Under the pieces are notes generated by a model, which saw only the letters and a list, made by a program, of their open reading frames with translations, did no database searches and had not been told where the DNA came from. The translations under genes were made by a program, and so were the position numbers. A stretch of DNA of 64,000 nucleotides from the NCBI GenBank assembly GCA_012295275.1, contig CM022671.1, positions 31,372,001 to 31,436,000 on the forward strand. Direction: 5' to 3'. This stretch comes from Chrysomallon squamiferum. Taxonomy: Eukaryota > Animalia > Mollusca. Position 1 is the stretch's first letter; every line of letters begins with the position of its first letter. Below, one piece after another: positions 51,874-64,000 of this stretch.

Positions 51874-54800
51874 TCAAACGTACGACAGATCAGACTTTTC
51901 AGATACAAATGGAGAAGTCATTTCAGTCGATTCGGAATTGCTTCTCCGTCTCACTGGAACAGATGTACTCTTTCTGGGCAGAGTGTGCGATTCTGGGTCG
52001 GAAGAAATTTCTGCGTGTTTTACATCAGTGTTTTGTCCAGTCACTGCAGAGTTAGTCACCGAACATGGCGACATTGGTGTCAAACCCTGAGCATTAATTT
52101 CTGGCTCATAGACAGGGTGTATGTAATTTCCAATGTCATCGCCAGGGTTTGTGCAATTTCCAGCATTATCACCTGAAGAAAATTCTTGACAATCCTCTGG
52201 AACCGCGTTCAAACGCTGGCGCATCTCTAACTGAAACCGGTCTTCCGCTAACACGCCAGTACCAAGTGAAACTGTTGCTGGTAAAGATGGAATATTCCCC
52301 ATGTCTTCCTGTAGAGTATTTGCTTGTTGTATATTAGCGTGGACACTGCTGCTGGAAGTGTGAGTTGTAGATCCACTGGTGGCGCTGCTGCTAGTAGTTT
52401 TCGATTCTTGAGAAGACGTGCAACATGGTACAGGATTGGAACAAATGACGCTGAGATCAAAGGCCGCTCTAGAACGCGGACGAGTTGATGGATTCAGTTC
52501 CGTATAAGTATTTTCTGGCGACAGGTAACTGTTATTTTTATAATCTATAATAAAATAAAATAAATCCAGTTAATATATCCTGAATTCAATAACACGCTAA
52601 TATCAAACACTAATACATCATAATTCAATAATACACCAATATCAGACATTAGTACGACACACGCATAGACACCCAAACACACATTAGCTTTCATATAAAC
52701 AAAATTCCATCACCGATTAATTCAACACAATCACATGGACTTACCTTGTTTTCGGCGACTTAATTTCCTCCTGATGAAAAAGAAGGCTACGATGGCCAGA
52801 AACACAAGTGCGATAAAACAGAACACTGCTAACACTATCACCACAGGCTCAAGTTCTTCCGAACTTTTACCTCCTTGTGTTATAGAAGTTGAATTATCTT
52901 TTGACTGGCGATCAGAACATACGCGACACTGCGGAAAGTATTCACAGGATGAATGGAGGTGATACCCAGTTCTTCCAAGAACGTCGTAAAATTTAATACT
53001 TTCATTTTGTAAACGAAGTCCATTTTCTTCACTGAAGCTTCCAACCTATGAAAGTGACAGAACTGTTTAAGATTACAGTAAATATAATTACAGACACTTT
53101 CATGAAAATATAACTGAGTATTATCATTTTAATATTATTTGATTTCTTTTAAAATGATTGTGCATGCATATGAACAAAACAGTTAAGTAATGAAAACGAC
53201 ACTGAATAATAATAAAAAAATAAAAAATAAATGAAACGTGAATTTTTTCAGTGAATAATTATTTTTTTATTAACTGCCAGAAACTGACGAATTTCGAAAA
53301 AGTTTTACTTAATTATATTAGCACAATAGATCTTTTATGTGTAGCAGTAAACGACAAGTATTTAATTTTTTAATAATTATAAGATAAATGGAGTTTCTTT
53401 TATAAACATATTCGTATAAAAACAACTGTCACTACAGTACTGATTAGTACTAGAATTGATGCCAGAAGGATACTTTACCGCTACGTAAGCATATGAACCG
53501 TCATTTTCATTTCGCTGAATGTTGTTGATAACGAATCCAACGTTGCCGTTTCCTCCGTCAGTGAAGAGTCTGGCTCCATCTTTAAGATTCACATTTTTTA
53601 TATTTTCGAACATAAATTCGGTAGTGAGATTTTTGCACGGCCAAGTCGCACTGGAACAAGAAAGATAATTTTTAGCGTTTCTGAAACCATATCCTACTCC
53701 ATAAACGGTTTCGGTAACTCGAACAGACAAATCTTCAGCTAAGATTTTGTCGATGTCTTTTAAATCAAGCGTAAGATTCAAAAAACACTGTTTATTAAAA
53801 GTGTTGTCGAAACCCTGTGGAAGATTGCATTCAAAGTTATCTTGCCAGAAGTGTCCTAGCCAGGGATTTTCGGACATGTTGGCAGTGCTCCAAGTTAGCA
53901 TATCATCGTACAGTTCCTTGTTGGGTTTCTTAATGACATCAACAACCAAAGTGAAAGATCCACGAACCACCGTACCACGTTTGCCCTTGAGGACATCCGA
54001 ATTTGTACCCCAAGCCTCACTTCCTATAAATATTAACGGTTCTTTACGATCCTCCATCGTATCCAGAAGACCAGACAGTACGGATGCTATCCCAAAATAC
54101 ACAACAACTTTTGCTCCAGACTTTGTGATATTTCTGATAACCTGAACACGTTTGTTCCAGTCAGCATCCGTACATATTTCTTGAAAAACACCAATACAAA
54201 TGCCTCGTTGTTCTGCCAAAATTTTGAACTGTTCAGTATGTTTTCGTCCGTTTTCATTATTTATATTTAAAGTGGCTACATAACTAACTCCCAATTCTTT
54301 AACTAACTCGACCATTGCTTTCATCTGTACATTATCACTGGGAACAGTACGCAGAAAGAGAGGATACGTCACTTTATCATCGAGAACTACAGAAGTTGCG
54401 CCATACGATATTAAAGGAATACCTTTGTTTTGTAACGTCTGCACTGCACTGAGGGTGACGATGCTGGACTGGGCACCCACGGCTGCAGCAATTCTGTTCA
54501 CATCTATCTCCTCTTTAGTGCGAGGATCTTTCAAAGGAACCTTTCCGCTGAGAATGGAATTAAGGAGAAAGCTGGCTCTCAGAGGATTGTAGCAGTCGTC
54601 GAGGGCTATGACCCCGAAATTGATTCCAGTTTCATCTTTCAAGACATGTACGGCGCTGAGAAAAGCTAACAGAGCGTGCAGTCCCCGCTGACTGTATGTC
54701 TCGCTACACAGGAAATTTTGACTGATGTGAGGTGTGTGAAGAGAAAACAGACCAAGCAAGAGAATGTCGCCAGGGATGTAGGCAAACGGAACTTCTGGAG

Positions 54801-56443
54801 TTTTTCGACATTCTTTGCAGACCTTTTTACAAGCCGAAGTAGGCAAGGTTCCAGTCGTTCTCAATTGTGTCATTAGAGTCTTGTTGAGACTCAGTTTATC
54901 ACCAGTGTAATTTCCAATCTGTGAATACATAGATAAATAGTAGTAGTAATTGTAGTAATAGTAGTATATATAGAGTAATAATAGTAGTAGTTATATTAGT
55001 AACAGTAGTAGTAATTGTAGTAGTGGTACTAGTAGTAATACTAATAGTAGCAGAAAGTGTTCCAGTAGTTACTCAAATTAAATTTATTTCTCACAAAAAA
55101 CACCCCAAAAAACAAAACAAAAACAAAAAAACTTCCCTATCCCTAAATCAAACGAATAAAAAAATAAAAACATACATATAAAATATGTCAGTTGTTTCTT
55201 CCAAAATATATTTACCAGATGAAAATGTCCACCCGAAGCTTGGTAAACAATGTAGAGAGGACAGTTGATTGCAAGCAGATCACCAGTGCTAGTCACGTTC
55301 AATATTCTGTTATTGTTGAAGAACAATTCGGGAACCATTTCTCTGCTAAGATCTGCATATTCAAAGCGTTCTGGTCTTTTATCAGGATATATTCCTTCAT
55401 CTATTTTTTTGAAAAATTCTGGACACGAGACATTCTGCGCACCACACGTATCCCTGAACACAGTTTTAGCAATGTTTGCTAGCACGTAAGTGGCATCAAA
55501 CGCGGACGTCACATAATCGTACATTGAGAACTTTGTCTCTACATTCAGGCTGGCTGCACAGGCCGGCAGATTTACGTTCGTAGTTCCTGCGGGAGAGCAT
55601 TTGAAAATTCGTTCAATGTATTCAGTGATCCACGAACCCCACTTCTGTTTCACAGCAACGTCCCCAGCGTGGTTGAGAACGTCAACTATGTTGTCCCGGA
55701 CATCGCTTAACAATGCTCCAGGCGGTGATATAACAATAACCATGTTTTCATAAGGTTGTAATTCCAAGGCTAGCTCAGGATCCCTGCCAACGCCGTCTGT
55801 CATGATCCAGTGGATATTGTGGACTTTATCTTTTTCCGGACCCCACGTTGCCGATTTTTCTGTGATAGTTCGATACAAAAGAGTCGCCTCTTTACTGAAA
55901 CCGTAGTAAACACCCCCAACATTTTCATCTAATGTTGTTTCCAGGTCAATGAAGAGAGTTCTAATAAAAATTTCCAAACTTTTCCGAAGGTCTTTATCGT
56001 TCCTCCTGACCACGTAAGTCTTGAATATGCAGATACCTGAGTCTTCGGCGAGTTGTCGGAAAAATTCAAAACCTTCGGTGCCATATTTGTCATCAGTGTG
56101 CACGCCAACGATATAGCTCCATTTGAGACTCTTAACAATGTCCAGAATTACCTGATAACAGGAGAAAAAAACCCCAAAATATAACTGAATGTCATTGTTA
56201 CTAAAGAGTATGGCGGGTACATTTCTCTTTACACACACTACACATCCACCCATACTAGTACACATTATACACATACAAACAACACAGGCAGACACAAACC
56301 ACACATACATGTACATATACACACATTCAAACACAATTACAAACAGACACATACGCAGGCAGAACATGCATCCTTAAACAAAACCGAATTAGTGGGAATG
56401 AAGAAATTAAATACTGAGTAAATCAGTTCAAGAATCTTGGAAA

Positions 56444-56479
<36 letters not shown>

Positions 56480-57937
56480 AGTTTCTATAAGCTTATGTTT
56501 GACATGCAGCAGATTTGTTATCCTCTATGAAACCATATTACACATAAACATAAGCTCACCAATGAACATATACATACACACATGTACATATATACCCATA
56601 CCTTGCTCTGCAAGGCATCAGTCGGAATTGTACTGATGTAGTTTGGATACAGAGTTTTGTTGGTCAGTTCTCGCGTCGTGGCAGATACGCCTATCATCGG
56701 AAGATGACTGGTACTCAACATGTCCGCCACAGCAGCCGTCGTCTGGCTGACAGTCGTTCCGATTATTCCTGAAAAGCAGACGAACATCGGAAGAATAAAA
56801 ATTAACGTTTTATTAATAAAGTTATCCAGTATTAGTCACATGATTTTTTTTTTTTTGGTTTGTTTTTACTAAAGACGAAATCAAAAAAAAAGATAAATCT
56901 TATCAGTCAGTAGCGAAGATGATTTTTCTCGTTTATTTAATTATTTTATTTTATTTTCACAGATTTACATAAATGTTATTATGGTCATGGAACCACACAC
57001 ACACAAAACAGACACACATACACATATACATAAAGAGAAAGAAAGAAGGACAGAGAGAGATAAACGGATAGAGATGCAGAGACAGTATATATATATATAT
57101 ATGTTTTCAGTTTATAGAATGTTAGTCGAGGGTCGTCATACATTTATTGAATCAAAACAGCATTCCTGATAAGAACACTGTGACAGTCTTAAACAATATT
57201 TGAACGAACAAAGAAAACATATTTAAAAAGTAATTTATTTTTATGGGTGACCGATTCTAGTGATATACATTTACAAGGTGCTGTTTGTCAAAAGATTTTT
57301 CCTCATGAATATCTTGTACGAAGATTACTTAGAAGTCTGTAGACGATTTCATCATATCTTTAAACATACAATTTAATTATTTCACTCTCTACTTACCAGC
57401 AATTGGCGTTTGCAGAGTTTGATTGCAGCTGCCATCCCAGATTCTGAAAAGGTTTTGCAGGGCAGTACTTTTCAAACCACAGTCATCAAATATCTTGTAT
57501 CCTGTCATAAAATTATAGTATGAAAATTTGTGTGTCTAGATATGTTTGTATGCATATGTGTATGCGATACTTATGTTAATATATTTGTTTGCTTGAATGT
57601 GTAAATTTGTATTTTTTCCAACAAAAGAAAACAAACTAACAAGAAAAAAAACTGACAACTCACCAATCTGAATTCCAGGTATAAACGACTTATTGGGATT
57701 GCCGTTTCCATTCAGCTTGTTTATTGCCCAGTCTATGGAAATAGCGTTCTGAATCTCGGTACTCGAGATCGAACCGCATAAACCACCGTCCGGCTCATGT
57801 ATTTCCAGAATGTAAATAAAGTAGATGTCACCTGCAACAGATTTTGGTTCCGATTCACAGAACAAGAGAGAACCTTTGGTATTTACAAACAAACACAATG
57901 AAATACTCAGTAAAATACTGATATACTCCATGGCCAT
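51874..57937 (-). CDS. Single-pass receptor with two tandem class C GPCR (mGluR/CaSR-like) Venus flytrap domains; exons 57937-57664, 57501-57397, 56768-56602, 56151-55216, 54918-53479, 53045-52745, 52544-51874 (~1297 aa)
   Basis: Signal peptide (ISILLSISLCLFVNTKG). VFT1: GDIYF..IHE, FIPGIQIGYKIFDDC, GIIG, YPNYISTIPTDALQ, LKWSYI, DDKYG, SGICI. VFT2: PGDILLLGLFSLH, FGVIALDDC, IPLISYGATS..LDDKVTYPLFLRTVPSD, GSEAWG, NPWLGHFWQDNFEC. One TM helix VVIVLAVFCFIALVFLAIVAFFFI followed by RRKLSRRK, then a Ser/Thr-rich tail. 3894 nt, all GT-AG, no internal stop. Confidence 0.9.
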
Positions 57938-58557
57938 TGTCAGATCACTGAAATTTATGATGATTTTTTTTTTCTTTTAGCATCAGTTGGTTGTTGTTGT
58001 TTTTTTCTGAAGTAATTACTGAATTATGATGTTAGGCTAAACTTTTACAACAATTTGAAAAAAGAACGCGTAAAATAGTAATGTAAAAACATCAAGTGGA
58101 CAAAAACAAAATTCCACGCGGAGAAAAAAAATACCCCAAGAAGATAACCAGTCACAATAACATTTTTTTGGATTGTTTTTGTCTTATATTCATTTCAATC
58201 CCTCCGTTGTCCGAATTTTAACCACGTAATCCGTGTAGTAGAAATATTCACGTAAATCTAACATCGTTCTTTTAAATGTCATGCCTGCGTAAGTAAAACA
58301 GCCTGTTCACGAAGCTATTATTTGATCTATAAACTTGTAACCCAAATCCAAGGGTACACACGTAAAGTAAGGTATGCTATCTAGGTAGGTAACGTGAGAA
58401 TTCCGGGGCAGTGAACCATTGCGTTTTTGAGGGCTTCCATTATGTATCAGAAAAAAAGAAGATTAGCCGAGTACTTCAATAGAAACATGAGTGGGAAAGA
58501 GTGATTTCTGTTTTCTAAATTGAACATTTAACTGCTTTATAATTAAAGAGATGCTCA

Positions 58558-58591
<34 letters not shown>

Positions 58592-59493
58592 AAATAAGAT
58601 AAAACAATCTCTGTAGAACGCATGTTACTTTAAAGTATAAAAGTAAACCTTTGCAGAAAATAATTATCATCATGATCATCATTATTATTATTAAAAGACG
58701 TTTTATTTATTTATTTATTTATTGTATTATTATTTTATTATTATTATTATTTTATCAAAATAAGTATCTAAATAAATGAATTACATATCTGGAAAAAATA
58801 TCGAAAATAAATAAAGTGTAAACAAATAACAAACGAACGAACGAATACATAAATAAATAAACAAATAACAAAAAAGTAAATGTTAATAATAGTTAATAAA
58901 TTAATAACCAGCTTATTGAATGTATGAACAGATGAACAGAGGTGCGTGATGTGGCAGACGTCAACTGCACGGATGAATGAACAGATATAATCTTTAACCT
59001 TAAAACGGCGGCTGGCAAAAGAGATTATGCGACAGAGACTTTTAAAAATGAATGTAATAGAATAAACTACAAAATAAGGAAAGAAGTATCAGGTGTTTGA
59101 ATTTGTCAGTGCTATAGCTTACTTATTCGTTTAAATATATATTCTTTTCAGTTAAATATTTTTGTTGTTGCTAATTATATGAATTATGGTCATTTTTCAT
59201 CATGGATTTTTTTTTTTTTTCTACACTGTACAACAACAATAACAACAACAACAACACAAAAAGACAACCAACAAACCTGCCCCAAACAAATAAACAAACT
59301 AACAAAATGAGAAAGAAAACAAACAAACAAAACTTTTATTTCTGTTTATGGATGTGTTAGTAGATAAGGGTATATATTATCTAATATGTACACATAAACA
59401 AATCTGTACTGTACGTTAGGACGTATGGATCTTTCTGAAAACGGATAGCCGGTTGTACCACTGAGTTCAAAATATGGAATCAGAATAATTGGG

Positions 59494-59543
<50 letters not shown>

Positions 59544-59632
59544 GTGCTTTTTAAAAATTGTTTTCATAAATCTCACTGTATTTTCAGTGTCATGGTCCTT
59601 TTCGTTTAGTTTTATCATCATCATCATCGTTA

Positions 59633-60160
59633 GAAATAATCGGAATGGTATTACTAATTCATATATTATTGTTGTGTGAAGGCATAGTCATAGCAGCAGT
59701 AAATGCAACAGTAATGATAGTAATACTTTAAACATACGTGTACATATACAAATGGTAAGTCTGGAGATAGCGTTATCAGTTTTCATAATATTAATAATAA
59801 TTCATCATGATGGGGGATGTAAAACAAACATCCTGATTATTTTTCTTCCTCTTTTCCTACATTTTTGCTCAACTGCAGTTCACTTTCATTCTCCATCGTA
59901 TCTTTTTTTTTTTTTTTTTTTTTTTTTTCTTTTTTCTTTACTGTATAGCACAATACTCGGAAATATAATCGGAATGATATTACTAATTCATATTATTGTT
60001 ATTGAAACAGAAAATGCAAATGTGATGATAATACACTTTAATATAATATTACTGATGATAATAGTGATGAAAAAAATGGTAAGCCTGGAGATAGCGTTAT
60101 CAGTTTCATAGTATTAGCAATAATTCAATATGAAGGGGAATGTAAAAGAAACATCTTTAT
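59633..60160. repeat. Diverged direct duplication, period ~320-330 bp
   Basis: ataatcggaatgrtattactaattcatat and atggtaagyctggagatagcgttatcagttt...atgtaaaasaaacatc each occur twice (~59635-59830 and ~59963-60155). Confidence 0.8.
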
Positions 60161-61459
60161 TCTTCTTTTTTTCCCCTTTTTACCAACATTTACGCTCCCC
60201 AGGAGTCCACCGTGACCTTGTTTTTTTGTGGGTTTTTTGTCTCGTTATTACGAAATACTTTGTCCGGGTTTTGTCGAGATAAAAAATACGCATGCTTATC
60301 AGAGCGTTGACTGTATCAATGTATGTTTTAGACAGTTAATGTTCAAAGTGTACAAGGAAAATAGTATTATATGCTGCATAGTTACATATATTTAAACGTC
60401 TGTTTCGTTTGTTACAGGCTATTAACTCAAAAAATAATAAATTGCATAAAATAAGGATTTTGTAGCACTGTATAATTGTTTATTTTTTCTCGTTTTTATT
60501 TGTTTGTTTGTGTATTATTATTATTATTGTTGTTGGTGTTGTTGTAGATGTTTATTTATTTATTTATTCATTTGACTACCTAACTGTCTCTCTATTAGAT
60601 TGTAAAAAACAAGATTATTCCAGTCAGCAAAACGTGATATATAAATTTTTATTTAAACACGTCTTTGTAGATACAGGCACTTCAGTATAAATGGATGCAT
60701 ATATGTTGTCTATGTGTGTGTGTATGTGTGTGTTAGTATAATTTTAAGACGTTCATATTATGAACAGTTATGTAACAGATTAAGGACGAATTTCATATTA
60801 AAAACCAAACACAAAACAAAGGTCAAAGATCACAAAATATACACTCTCTGTTGAATTCGAACATGCTGTAAATTTCCATAATACGAAAATTTGTCCGGCG
60901 ATTTTCGGGTTTTCTAGACCGTTTGTAAAACTTACTGAACAACTCAGTTTGGTGACGGTATGACTCTTTATCGTACTGAATTCATATTAAAATTAATATG
61001 ATTATATTATCTTGGTTAATTAATCTAATTAACAATACGGTAAAAATGTGTTGGATTTCACGGATCATGCATGCAGCCATTATTTTTCTCGCGCTATAAG
61101 AATAATAAAATTAAGCGTTTATATTTTTATTTTATTTTATATTTTTTTCATTTTTAAAATAAAAAAACAACAAAAGAACCAGTCATTATGAATTAAAACA
61201 CCAGATAAACATTATTTTATCTCACTATCAATGTTCATATTTCCTCTGAGTATTAATTTTAATCCGTTATATAGTATCTGATACGACTTCATAATCGTTA
61301 CTGAAATGATTTACAAAATAGATTTAACGAGTGTGTACGAACAACTATTTTTTCTTTTCTTCTCCAGCTAATGTTGTTTGGCAGGTATTCCAGACGTTGG
61401 TAGTTTTGCATAACGTGACTAAATGTCAAACCGAGGCTATTTATAGCGCAAGTAAAACA

Positions 61460-61594
61460 ATGGCTGCGCCTGTAACTCGTGAAATCCGAGACATTTGTAC
61501 CCTATTGTTAATTAGATTAACCAAGATTATAGCAGAACGAAACTTTGAGTTTTTCAAACCTGCCCAAAAAGGATTTTCAGTAGTATCCAGGGGA
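61460..61594 (+). other. Candidate first coding exon of an unidentified gene (MAAPVTREIRDICTLLLIRLTKIIAERNFEFFKPAQKGFSVVSRG)
   Basis: aaaacaATGGCTGCGCC start context resembling the LSM3 and muskelin starts, 45 open codons, then a gtaagc donor. No downstream exon identified in the window. Confidence 0.4.
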
Positions 61595-61647
61595 GTAAGC
61601 TACAACAAAACAAAAACAATATCTGATCCTAAAAAACATCGCATTCA

Positions 61648-64000
<2,353 letters not shown>

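Noticed and set aside
51813-55489. Plus-strand ORFs overlapping the receptor (51813, 51829, 52149, 52735, 53747, 54676, 55192, 55265)
   Set aside because: Antisense shadows of receptor coding exons.

Overview
AT-rich, microsatellite-dense eukaryotic (invertebrate, probably molluscan/lophotrochozoan - inference) genomic DNA with GT-AG spliced genes; most of the supplied ORF track is low-complexity noise. I rebuilt eight gene models by hand, each with exon lengths summing to a whole number of codons: three tandem rolling-stone-like membrane proteins (+, 0.4-12.9 kb), a 2-exon orphan gene (+, 15.6-16.8 kb), TMEM209 (-, 15 coding exons), LSM3 (+, head-to-head with TMEM209), muskelin/MKLN1 (-, 21 coding exons) and a 7-exon, ~1297-aa receptor (-, 51.9-57.9 kb). 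The receptor is the main finding: signal peptide, TWO tandem class C GPCR-type Venus flytrap (VFT) domains, ONE transmembrane helix, and a disordered Tyr-motif tail ending in a PDZ-binding motif, with no 7TM, kinase or cyclase domain. Also present: a disabled partial muskelin duplicate at the right end, a ~2.5 kb tandem duplication carrying a candidate solo LTR, a 49-bp-stem intronic hairpin, and a rolling-stone paralog with Gly at the family's conserved YLT threonine. Family assignments come from recalled motifs, not database searches.
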